Below are positions 1 to 11,390 of a stretch of 64,000 nucleotides of DNA, piece after piece. Made by a program: the position numbers and the translations under genes. The notes beneath the pieces are model-generated. The model was not told the DNA's origin. It was given only the letters and a program-made list of their open reading frames with translations, and made no database searches. The stretch covers positions 3,474,001 through 3,538,000 of the forward strand of contig OZ076409.1 of assembly GCA_964187785.1 (NCBI GenBank). Direction: 5' to 3'. The first letter of the stretch is position 1, and every line of letters begins with the position of its first letter. This stretch comes from Amphiscolops sp. MND2022. Taxonomy: Eukaryota.

Positions 1-20
1 TTACAAGAGCTTCCACTAAA

Positions 21-1607
21 TTGACAATTATAGCGAGTGATTTGCAACTTTCCGATTGCCGGATGTTGAAGAATGACCCGAAGGATGATTTGCAAGAGTG
101 CTGCCTGACAGACGAGTGGCAGAACTCAACGTTGCAGCAACATATAGCAGCAGCTGGTGCGATCAATGAAAATCTTTCTGTTCTTTTGGTTGGGTATGAA
201 CCCTCCCTGGCTTCGTTCCAGAAACGAAAATATGAAGCAAGTGGTTTGTCTATTGAAGGGGTTACCGAGTACGTCGGTGTGAAAGGAAGCTTCCTTCACG
301 TAGAAGATGTGGCTGACACCAAAAGTCTTGAAACATTTCAAAATCTTGGTATAAAAGTTATTTATGTAGCAACTGTTCGTGTACAAGGCAGAATGCAAGA
401 CAGATTTTACCAAATCACCCACCGGTTGATTGAAGCTTTCTTCAAAAAACAGGAGAACCCTTTTAGGATTTTTTTTCTAGGAGACAAGAACGGAAACATG
501 GATGAGTTTCTGTCATTTTTAAAATTTGTTCTATCAGAGTCTGGAAAAGGCTCAACCTTCACCAGTATCGATTGCGATACCGAGAGAAATTATTCAGATA
601 TACTCTATCAAATTCGCAGTGATATTAGCTGGAGAAAGTGGAAACCAAAAGCGGATGCTCTATTTAGAGTAGGTGAAATGGATTTGTCATTAATTGCTTA
701 CTCCTTTGCTTTCGAAAGCCTGAAAAAAGAGCACCTTTTGGCAAAGCAAAGCAGTAGTTTATCTCAGGTTGTTGAAACGATGAAAGAAGCGGCCAAAGTG
801 TTGGCAGACGTTTCTTTAGTTTATTTGAAGTTACCACCAATAGAGTCGAGCATACATCCAATTGAAAAATTGGTTCCATTTTGCCTGGATTTTAATGATC
901 TTCAACCATTCCAATGTCACCTAATGAAAGCTTTGCTTTTCGCAATGTATGCTACAAAATGGAACGTTTGCTGGTTCGAAAGCTATGATAGAATTGGAGC
1001 CGCCGTGCAGAAATTGAGCTTCACAGCTCACATTCAGATGATCGAAGAAGACAAGAAAGCCCCAACTGATACATTGAACAAACGCATGAAAAATTTGATT
1101 AAAGAGGATAAATTGCTGAAGGAACCAGTACGTTTTTGGGACGCTTCTATTTTGAAAATTGGGACATTCTTCTATGCTGATATTGAACCCAAGTTGAAAG
1201 AATTCACCCAAGCTGTAAGTAATTATAAAGAAGGATTGGATTCAGCAACTATTGAAGAGCTTATCTCTTTGAGGAAGAAAGTATCAGATGTGCTTGAAGA
1301 GCTTCAAAAATGTAGTGGTGACGTCAGAAAGAAGATTTTGGATGAGCGTGCTGATCGCGAGGATGCAATTCATAAGCTGAGACTCGAAGCTGATATTGTT
1401 TTAAAATCTGAAATTCTTTTTGGTACATACGCTGTAAGATGGAATCCGACCAATGTCAAAAACTACCAAACTTTATTGGCATCATTGGAGAAGTTTGAAA
1501 CAGTGGTTAACCAACTCAGCGTTGAAACAAAACGTTTATCTCAGTACCTCGAAGTTATCGCGAAGAAGGAAATGTCAAGCAAAAAAAGAAACTTCGTCGG
1601 CATATGA
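21..1607 (+). CDS. Unknown protein of at least 528 aa, probably 5'-truncated by the window edge or a long terminal exon; C-terminal third looks helical/coiled-coil
   Basis: By far the longest ORF in the window. The frame has no stop from base 3 onward, so the TTG start at 21 is probably not real. The C-terminus is E/K/L-rich. AATAAA motifs lie near 2300 and 2327. I do not recognise the family. Confidence 0.75.
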   Translation: MTIIASDLQLSDCRMLKNDPKDDLQECCLTDEWQNSTLQQHIAAAGAINENLSVLLVGYEPSLASFQKRKYEASGLSIEGVTEYVGVKGSFLHVEDVADTKSLETFQNLGIKVIYVATVRVQGRMQDRFYQITHRLIEAFFKKQENPFRIFFLGDKNGNMDEFLSFLKFVLSESGKGSTFTSIDCDTERNYSDILYQIRSDISWRKWKPKADALFRVGEMDLSLIAYSFAFESLKKEHLLAKQSSSLSQVVETMKEAAKVLADVSLVYLKLPPIESSIHPIEKLVPFCLDFNDLQPFQCHLMKALLFAMYATKWNVCWFESYDRIGAAVQKLSFTAHIQMIEEDKKAPTDTLNKRMKNLIKEDKLLKEPVRFWDASILKIGTFFYADIEPKLKEFTQAVSNYKEGLDSATIEELISLRKKVSDVLEELQKCSGDVRKKILDERADREDAIHKLRLEADIVLKSEILFGTYAVRWNPTNVKNYQTLLASLEKFETVVNQLSVETKRLSQYLEVIAKKEMSSKKRNFVGI

Positions 1608-3737
1608 ATCGTAAGGTATATAAACTTGAGAAACGTCAATTGATGCACCAGCGCCTTCATTAAAAATTTCATCAACGATCAGAGCAACTATTAGAAACTC
1701 ATATCAAATTAGTTCCTAGATGAGAAAAACTTAATTTCTGATATGTACAGTTATAATAATTTTTCCTGGAGATATTGATTCGTCACGTTTTTTACAAGAC
1801 AAAATGCTTCAACGAACCTTCCATGTTGAAAGACAATTGTTGAAGCTGACAGTAAGCTTTACATCAATATTGCCTTGATGAACCGGGGAAAGGAATCATT
1901 TGAACGCTTAAAATTATAACTCATCTTCGTGAAATTTTGGTTATCACATTCCTAGTTTTGTTTGGAAATTTAGAGGAGGATTCTACATATTAAATTGCAA
2001 TACATGTTACCACATGATACAGCGGCAATCGTTTATGGACATCATTGGGTCCTAGCTATAGTTTATTGCAATAATTAGTAATAGGAAAACGAGGAACAAA
2101 AATACATTTATCAATGGAATGCAAAGTATAAACATTCATCAATCAGTGATAAATTTTGTGAAACAATTCTTTTTAAACACTTGTTGGATTCGAAGATTGA
2201 CGAATCAGGATATTCGCTGGAGAAGTGATATGGCTATTATCTGTATAACCAATCAAATTCTTTTGAAGTAGTGTAGATTTGTATTAATGTGTAATACTCA
2301 ATAAAATGTAATCTCCTGTAGTATTTAATAAAGTGTACTTACCATTTGATTTGATATATACCCGTCACAGAACAAATTGAATATTACTTCTCTGGTTGTT
2401 CTTCAACATAGACGTAGCACCGCAGCTCTAATAGTTATATCTCTAGTTCACTTACCCAATGACAATCGTATATATAAGATTTTCCTAAATATAAAGTCAA
2501 AGATAAAACAAAGGCGCTAAGGTGTTTAGGCTAATGTGTATGATAAAACAAAAGTGTTTAGGCCAAGGCTTCGAAGAATACCCGTCTGACACCAAATAAA
2601 TGCAGGACATGAATCATGTGCATCGCAAACAGTTTCGAAGATAGAGGCCAAAGAAAACTGGAGAGACTAAAAAGTCGCATTTGATCAATTTCGCTAAAAA
2701 ATGTACTAAGTAGCTACTTCAGCGAGATGAAAGAGTTCGGTAAGAAGGCCCCATGAGTGCACCATCAAAAACTATTGGTGAACCATGCCAGTATCCCAAA
2801 TAATTCCGCAGATACTGATCGTCACCTGGCTGGAACTGGGATTTTTGGCTCAAACTACCAAATTTTTTCACAGAAAAAGAATACGTTGGAGCTTTCTCTG
2901 GTTCAATATTTCAGCCCTAGAATTTGGGCCCAGATACTCTCGGAGAAATAGGCCTTGGAATACCATGTTTTCTAAAACGTCGCAATTGCTAAATCAATGA
3001 ACATTTTTCGTCCATGGACCACGGAGCAATTTTAGCGGGAAGTTGTTCTGCGGGAAACCTCGGGAGTGCACCATTAAAGTTCTACCGTAATGTCAGTAGC
3101 TCGAATAGTTTCGAAGATTTTAGTAGCCAACTGAATGGAAACTGGTGTTTAGGTTTTCTAACGGGAAAAGTCTATGTTGGAGCATCCGTCGATTCGTCGA
3201 AAACGTTTCTTACCGGATAGAGTTCAGAGTTGAATCAACTTTTTCTTAAAAGAACGAAATGCGTACCTACCATAGAGGACGGTTAAAGGACTAAAGTTGA
3301 AAAAGTTCATCAATGTCACACTTTCCAACACACACAATCTCACACAATTAAGTGAAATTTGCCTCTGGAAATCGAACGAGAATAGACTTCGCCTGGTCCA
3401 ATAAGACACATGTATCATATAATTGGTGCGACCATTTCCTCTGTTCTTTCGTTCCTTTCTTTTAATTATCTTTTTTACGTTCTTTTCTCTACTGACCAAT
3501 TGTGTTCGGCTATGCGTCGGAGAATGTTACAAGCTCGAATTATATCATGGCATATTGAAAAATCTCTCCATTATTTTTTTTGTGGGAACAAGAAAAGGCA
3601 CAGCCTGCTTCTTCGATATTCTTTGGAGAACACTTTTGTCAAAAGCAGAGACAACAGGCACTACCACTTCAATTTTGAGTTGTCGAACTGTACAGCGTAC
3701 CTCGAGTGCCGAGCAAGCGTCCATTTTTCCAGTACTT

Positions 3738-4178
3738 CTATTCACTTTGGATTCTGGCAGAATTACTCGCAAAGTTCTGATTGTTACGACTTGTACATGG
3801 GTCGTTACTTTGGGTAGAGTTTATCCTGGCAGATTTTGTTGGAGAATAGAAACTTCTGGTTTCGTTTTCTAAGTCATCTTCAACTTCTTCTATCACATTT
3901 TCTCCTGTTTTAGGTTTCAAAAGCTTCAACATTTCCTTTTGAGATTCTATCAGAAGACTTTTAATCTCAGAAGTTACTTCCATTTTCGAGGAACCTCTCA
4001 AACTTTCAAAGACGCTATTTTCAGTTCTGGGGGATTTTGCGCTGGAAGGCCCGCAACTAGTACGTCCTGACCTAATGACTGCTATTTCTATCAAGACTGG
4101 AGAAATTAAACTCTCACTTACGTTCACAGTGCTCTCCTGTTGGTTGTTCCTCCTTTTTTGGCTTCTTATTGTTGACAT
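3738..4178 (-). pseudogene. N-terminal stub of a gag-like ORF starting inside the LTR and cut at the LTR end
   Basis: ORF begins MSTIRSQKRR and has a short coiled-coil-like segment. It crosses the LTR boundary at 3782 (…TSRN) and stops soon after in flanking DNA. The gag identity is inferred from position only. Confidence 0.5.
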
Positions 4179-5494
4179 AATGATGAAAAGGTTTTGATTT
4201 TGTATTCTTTAATAGATTTTTGGTTATTTGGTTTTGACAAAGATGGGGCAAAGATTATAGAGCGGGAAATACAGTTCAACTGAACTTTATCGAAACAAAG
4301 GACTGAATCCTCTAGTTTTCGAAGTACATCGTTTTTATACCCTCCTAGAAACACTTGATCACGAATGAATCACTGAATTTTCCTCGAACATTTAGTCATT
4401 ACATGTATTTTCGATGAAAAAAAATCATGATTTGCGTCGACAATTCGTCAAATTTTAAGACACGAAAATTCTAGTCCAGTATTAGTCACCTAACATGATC
4501 ATATTCTTTCATTCCGGCAACCTTTTGTTTCCTCCCGAGCAGGAAGTAGATTTTACCTCAGTCTGTCAAACCTGAAATTGTTCCCTGTATTACGACTCTG
4601 GTTCGCGAGAAAATTGACGCGGAGATGACGCTGACGTGAACAACTAATACCTGATTTTGATTCCCAACTTAATAAAAGTGTGACAAATTTCCCAAATATG
4701 ATTGTCTGAATGATGCTAGGAAAGTAAAGCGCTCAATAAAGTGATGAATGTTCAATTATTTTACCCAATATAAACAACCTGCCCAAACAATTACGAAATT
4801 AGCGTCAAGACAACGTTAACATTGAACAGACGATCAGTATCAAGATATAAAATAAAACATCAACATACATTTACTAATATTGCTCAACGTAATTTGATGG
4901 CTGGTAAAAAGATATCACTTCTTAAGTGGTAACACTCAATAGTTATTATTTATCTGATAATATAGCATCATAATACAATAATACATCACACTTGATAATT
5001 GAGCCAATCTTAAGTCACGACAAGATGACGACAATTTTGAACAATTGCAATATGAATGGATAGTACCGTTTGAAAATACAATGCTGCAAATACAAAAATA
5101 TTCTTGTATCACAAAACACAATCACTTTGCTGCGTACTGAATATAAACTGTGACTTTCGTTCATGAAATATGGAAAAAATTCCTTTAACCTAAACCTTAG
5201 TGCGATCCTATTTTCACATTTAAATCAGCAATAATTTTGTTTGAAGGAGAATGGACGTATTCAATGAGCTTCCTATGAGCTTCCTATTGTTATCCTAGCT
5301 ATTTTAAACGTAATTAATCCTTGTTCTTCTGGCATTTTGTGTCAAAATGGTATTCATTCTACTAATAAAGGTGGACAAAATAAACTATTTCTAACAGTTG
5401 GAGTACCACCTCCGGAACCTTAAGCCACAGCCATGTCTTCTACCGATGCATATGCGTCTGCACCCACATGTCAGACCGGGAGCGGGCTGTGACA
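3782..5494 (-). mobile_element. Solo LTR (1713 bp) of an LTR retrotransposon
   Basis: TG...CA termini (TGTTACGA at 3782, ...CTGTGACA at 5494). Flanked by the identical 5-mer CTGAT at 3777-3781 and 5495-5499, consistent with a target-site duplication. Confidence 0.8.
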
Positions 5495-7479
5495 CTGATT
5501 GTTGAACGATTGCTCTGTTCTACTGCATGAATTATTTGAAAGGATGCATGTCAATTAAGATGACCAGTAAGTACTTCATTAGAAAGGAGTCTAGTGCCTC
5601 TGATTTCAACATATTCAAATATCTGCTCAAAAAACCTGACAAGTACTTTTCACAAGCAAGATTGAAACAATTGGATGCAAAACTCACTCTCGAATTTTTT
5701 GTTACACCAGAAAAAAACTTTTCGTTTCACAATTTTTGCAAAGTATTACAAATTTTTTGCAAAATAATTGTTTGCAAAATAATATGCAATTTTTGGCGAA
5801 ATAATCCAATAAAAAAGTTCTTTTGCACCTAGTTCCCAAGTGAACAACATCAATTTAACATGCTCGTCTAAATCAACTTTTGTTTCACCCATCACAAACC
5901 CATAACGGACAAGCTAAAACACCAACATGATGTGTGGACTGCTTAGTTCATCCATTCAACAGACGTCCAAATTCATCCGGTAACCTATCGTCCACTTTCG
6001 TTACTTTATGTTTGGTAAAGATGAGGGTGATCCGTGATTTAGAGGTTTGGAAACTTTCTTACCGAAAACCATTCTACATACCCATAAAATCCACGTATAC
6101 ACACTGATGATAACCTTTAATGCCAGCGCAGTAGTAGTTGTTTGACTCTTCTTTTTGTCAAATTCAGCATGCAGACTTACAAAACGAATCTTCACACTAC
6201 TCAAGTCGCATAATTTTTCAGGGTATCATTTTTTCTGCCCTTGTTTAAGACAAACATCTTCTATCAGTTAGTGGAAAGCAAAAGCCCAAACTTCTACTAT
6301 TAAGATCAGAAATTTTTGGGCTTGAACTCAGGAAGTTCGGTATTTGGGATTGTGAAACCTTATTTGTGCCGTAAAGAGTCATATCACAATAGTTGAGCTG
6401 AAAGTGAGTGTTGAAACAATTTTTTAATTTCTTGCAATTGTTTCTGTCGCAATGATTATCTCAGAATACCCAGAGGGTAGAAAAATGGTAACATTACGTA
6501 TCAAATAGTGTAAGTGCAAATACCTTGAAAAATATGAATTTCGATTTAATTATAATTGAAAAAATATCTTCACAGTAAATCTGGTTGTATGGCTCGGCTT
6601 TGCCCCCTTTTGGGGCGCTTCGTCAAGCTGTAAGTCAGTCTCGGTCAAAACCAGCCACTGGACCAGTGTGGCACGTTGCTCCGCATCGCGTCTCTTCTGA
6701 ATCTGGAGAACTGGAGGTTCCGATTGTGGTCAGAATTACGCTATAGTATCATGGGTAACGATGACATTTGGCCAATCAAATTTGTGTCTTTGAGAGAAAA
6801 TGAATTCTCAATTCAAGCGCAACTAAATTATTTCTCATATTATTTGTTTTCATGCTGTTCGGTAAACAGCCAACAGTTACTGTCTACTTACTTTTATGCT
6901 TCATGCATAATCTCTGTGAACTGTTTGAAAACGAGGAGTGAAAGTTTGGTTTACAATGACAATCCTAAACCAAACTCCAAGAATATATTCCAGCACAGTC
7001 TGAAAAAACTAACGGAAAGGTCTCTGTGAAATATGTAGATGCTGAGATACCGACCTAAATGAAAACTTCGAAATAGAGATGGTTGTTTTTAGAAAAATGT
7101 TCCGAAACAAGCAATAATTTAGCAAATTTAAGAAGTTGTTTCAATGCATGCATGTGAAGTTATCAAAATAGATTAATATAGAGCATTTTAGCGACTGTTG
7201 AAAAATAGTTTAGTACAAGTCTATATATAAAAGTAATTGTTTAGGTAAATAAGAAAGAGCCATTTATCTTTCAACTTTTTCCATCCGAAGCCATTGTAGA
7301 AGTCAATGGCCACTGGAGCCACTAGAATTGTAGAATAAGAACAAGGTTTACAACGTCAAACCTCAACAACCTCAAACCTCAACAACTCGAACCTCAAAAG
7401 CGCGTCCAAAACGAAAAGAAAAAACAAAACAGACGTCCAGAACCTCAAAAACATACTACGGATCCCACCTTTGGTGTTT

Positions 7480-7780
7480 TTCACTTAGATGTTTTTCCGG
7501 GACTTAGAGACTTTTTTGAAAGTTTTTGGATTGCACCAAAGGGTCCCCCTACTGAAAAAACCCAAAGGTTCCCCCCTTTTACACTTTTCGGCACTGTGAC
7601 ACTGTTCAAAAATCTGTTTTTGATTCTTTTCCGAAATTTTTTCAAGGTCTCCAAAGGGCCCCCTTCATTTTTTTTCTTATTTTGCAACAAACTGGAGTTT
7701 CAAGAAGCCCAAAGGTTCTCTTTACAATTAAAAAACCCTTTTTGAGCCTGATAAACTTTGGCCCGTCCTGGCTTGTTCTT
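7480..7780. repeat. Short interspersed repeat or non-autonomous element fragment with iterated CCAAAGG(G/T)YCCCC motif
   Basis: The motif recurs at about 7536, 7562 and 7651, with a partial copy near 7709. Boundaries are uncertain. Confidence 0.35.
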
Positions 7781-7905
7781 TTTAAACGCTCATTCATGGT
7801 AATTGACCTATCATACTGCTCAATTCTCATCTATAGTCTTTAACAAGCGTTGCTCACTTATGTAACCTTCAGTAAAGTATATGTGAACAACCTACTTTTA
7901 ATAAT

Positions 7906-8160
7906 TGTCACAGTCCGCGCCCGGACTGGCTTGCGGGTGTATGAGAGCTGAATTTGGCAAAACGGAATATTGGTTATTAAACCTATCTAAATAAGAAAAT
8001 AAAACTACTACTTAAAGGAAACCACTCGTCAAATTCCAGAGATTCCAAAATAAAACCGACTACCAAAATGAACGGATCAAATTTATTTCACGCGTTTCCA
8101 CCAAGACGTTTAAGCCGTGCTGGAAATAGTAACATTCTCCACCTGATAACCTATGTAAAA
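7906..8160 (+). mobile_element. 5' fragment of an LTR related to the 3782-5494 element
   Basis: Starts TGTCACAGTCCGCGCCCGGACTGGCTTGCGGGTG, which matches the reverse complement of 5461-5494 (TGTCACAGCCCGCTCCCGGTCTGACATGTGGGTG). The right end is not defined. Confidence 0.5.
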
Positions 8161-8827
8161 AACAAATAATTGGGAAGATCATAGTGTCGTGATTTTGTGC
8201 ACTGTTATCAGAGTCTATTGAGCTTTGGCGGGACAATTGTCTGTTGTTTTCCTGGATAAAATACTTCCTAGGACCAATTTCCCATGATCTTTGTGCATTT
8301 CCTACTTCGGAGTTCCACTGTAGCCCACTGGACTTATGATCCCTTGAGACAAAATTGGATGAGATCGGGCTCTGGTGTGGCCCAACGGACGCTTGGTCCA
8401 TAGCGATGTAATTCACATTCCCATGTGTTCCTAATGTATTTTGGATGGAAGGAAGTACTGTCTCTGTCATTACACTGTTTATAGCTTCCTGTATTTGGGA
8501 ATTGAAGCTATTTTTGATCTCAATCAGTTTTCTTGACATTTGGTTGGAAATTTCCTCGCTAATCATTCTAGTAGTTTCAACAGTAATTTCACTATTTTCT
8601 CTACTATTGGTGTTGAGTAGCGATCTGAAGTTCTCTCCTAATACATTAGAATTTGGCTGAGGCCTGCTTGACCCAGAGTCAAAATTCACTTCATTTTCAC
8701 TAGCTATGTTCTCCTCCTCATCTCGTGAATAACTTCCTAACATTATATCAACATTTTCCACATCGGACAACATGTCTAATTGTCTAGAGCGACGCTCTTT
8801 AGCCTTTTGCTTTCTCGTGGAAGGCAT
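8060..8827 (-). pseudogene. N-terminal stub of a gag-like ORF starting inside the LTR
   Basis: ORF begins MPSTRKQKAKERRSRQ with a coiled-coil-like middle. It runs over the LTR end at 8185 (…QNHD), so the last ~40 aa come from flanking DNA. The gag identity is inferred from position. Confidence 0.5.
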
Positions 8828-9821
8828 TAGAAAGGGATTTGAGTTTCAAAGTTAATTGTAGATATCAATCAACAAGATAATTCAAATCAACAACGTATGT
8901 ACCAGTAGAGTTACAAACGCAAGATTCAATATCACGCAGAGAATATATCAACTTGTAAGTATCAAGATTGTAAAAGGTTCTGTCCCTACTCTCCGGTGTT
9001 CCTGCTTTTTATAGTTAGGATGGGGTGACACGCAAGATTATGCAGGTCATGGTTCTAAAAATAGCACTGAATGGGGTTTTAGGACAGTTCTAGGGACATT
9101 ACGTCACCATTTCGTCACAATTACAAAGACAAAAATAGCATCAAAGAGAAGCGGCTAAGATGTGTAGCTGAAGACTACCGGGTCATGTATACATGCATGG
9201 AGGAATTATATTAGGCCTGAATATGCTATTTACATGTTTATCTTACTAAAACTAACACTTCATGTCATTCAGAATAATCACAAACAGCATGATTGCCAAT
9301 TACGCCAGATTGGACGTAACGTCCACGCGGCGTCACCAATTATATAGTTGGTTCAATCTGATTGGTTAATATAGCACTCGACGTCGCGTACATTCAACCA
9401 CAGCAACGGTACATTTGAACACGTTTCCTTACTGCGCTTTAACTGCATTCCAGTACTTCATTCAAATTGATTATTTTACATTGCTAATTCCAATTCATTT
9501 GGTACATTACTTATTTCAACAACAAACAACAGGTAAATCAAGAACAAACTAACTATAATATAAAGCGATAATAAAGTACATAAAGTAGAGTGTTTTGTGA
9601 TTAGATTTAACACAATTGTTTGATGTGGCCGTATTGACCTAAGGTCCTTTGAGTTCTGAAAGCATTTCTTCTATCTTTGCCTTAATTTGGGTGAGGACGT
9701 CCGTACCTTCGGTCCGCATGATCAAATCGCCTAGATGGGAAGTACTCCTGGTGGGGGTTAGATAAATCGTCTACTGAGGGTATTTGATATAAATTCCCGT
9801 CACAAGCAGCAGCTTGCGACA
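8185..9821 (-). mobile_element. Solo LTR (1637 bp) of a second LTR retrotransposon family
   Basis: Termini are TGTCGTGA at 8185 and ...TTGCGACA at 9821 (TGTCG/CGACA inverted ends). Flanked by the identical 5-mer CATAG at 8180-8184 and 9822-9826. Confidence 0.8.
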
Positions 9822-9826
9822 CATAG

Positions 9827-11390
9827 AAAGTTCAAAATGAAAAACAGACCCGCATACGCGCTAAAGGTCTTAGGTCTTTTTCATTCTGACTCGCACGAAT
9901 CCCAGTCATACAATTTATTGAAATTGCACACATGGGCTAATTTTGGCCTTGTTTCTCTCATTCCAGCCATACGATTTTAATGCCATTGCACATAAGGACT
10001 CTAATATGGTGTAGAAGGACTGTACAAAATTTCGTTCCAATCGAATGGACAGTTTTTGCGAAAATCAGAAAAGCTCGAAAAATGGCTAGCTTTTGATCAT
10101 TTTGGGGTTAGTTTTGGCTATGTTTCGCGCATCCAAGACCGATGCACGTCCTCACAGGATTGGCTAGTGGATGGGTTGATGACGACAAATGTCTTAACGT
10201 TTCATTGTTCTCAATTCCGGACGATCACTTATTAGCAGCACTGCAATTCCCCCACTTGTTTCTCAGAGTAGCTACATCGAAAATCATGGAGGTAATGGAA
10301 ACAATTTTGTGTTTTCCTGCGTGTCGGCCGTGACATTTGATGTTTTAGAGTTTGGGAAAGTAGTATCTTTTGGCTGTTGAAGATTACCTTCTCACCTGAG
10401 AGTGGTAATGAGATTGTACTTGGGTACTTCTTGTTAAATGATAACTGTTACAGCTTTCAAACCTTTTCAAAATGGGTGAAAAAAAACTTTGCATGATTTT
10501 GGTGCGCTAAACAACGTCAATTGAATAGCTTTGGGGTTAATTGAACGTCTTCTGTTGAGTTTTGATGAGACTTACATTTCCATTTTCAACTTTGACATTT
10601 CAACCCCTTATCCTGCTCACACTCAAAGCATCATGTCAACGTCAGGTCAAGATACCTACAAGATATCTACAATAGCGCATTCTTATCGTCTATTCGAGTA
10701 CTTTCCACATGCATCCACTTCTAATCCTAGTTGTGTGGAAGTTTCTTCGGGAGGCCTGCAGTTGGAGAAAAATTGGAGTTGAAAAAGTTTTTTTTTGAAT
10801 ATGAAGTCTCGTAATTTTCCAACGGGGAATGGTGAAACGCTGAAACAATGGCAAAAGGACCGAATGGTCTCTCATTGGTACGAATTTGGGCAGAATTTAC
10901 CCATTTTAACTGTATTTTTGAAAAACTGGGTGAAATTTGAAGTCCAAAAAGGCTGACTTTTCAAACATTTTTGGGCTAACTTTAACTATGTTTCTCGCAT
11001 CCGAGTCATACAAATTTGATGCCATTTCACATTTAGGACTCTAATATAGTGCAGCATGACTGTAGAAACTTTCGTTCGAATCGTATAGACAGTTTTTGAG
11101 AGATTCGATTGAGAAATTCGAATAAAGTCCAAAAATTATTGTTTTTTGGCCTAGTCTAGGTTAGTTTTTGCTATGTTTCTCACATCGAAGCCATACGATT
11201 TTGACGCCATTGCACATATAGGACTCTAAGATGGTGTAGAATGACTGTAGGAAATTTAGTTCGAATCGCATGGACAGTTTTAGAGATAATACTCATGAGA
11301 CCCCTAGTTGTTATGTAGTTCCACTTTCTGTCTCGGTAAAGGGGCCCTACCACTCCTTCGGGGTGTTTCTTCGGGCATTTCACCACCCAC
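9827..11390. mobile_element. Head-less, divergent array-type unit ('Y') with internal ~120-190 bp repeats; its tail forms the first junction
   Basis: The block ...GCCATT(G/T)CACAT..AGGACTCTAA.AT.GTG...GACTGTA.AAA.TT.GTTC.AATCG.AT.GACAGTTTT occurs at ~9950-10060, ~10985-11100 and ~11170-11285. The segment ends in GGGGCCCTACCA...CCACCTAG like the array tails. Confidence 0.55.

Noticed and set aside
2757..3780. Cluster of overlapping small ORFs
   Set aside because: No coherent frame or recognisable domain; probably a decayed repeat.
8146..8156. CCACCTGA as an upstream degenerate junction
   Set aside because: It matches only 6 of 9 core bases contiguously and has neither the tail stem-loop nor the head palindrome.
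7906..9804. Single solo LTR from TGTCACA (7906) to GTCACA (9804)
   Set aside because: The flanks (ATAAT and AGCAG) do not match, whereas the 8185-9821 boundaries give an exact CATAG duplication.
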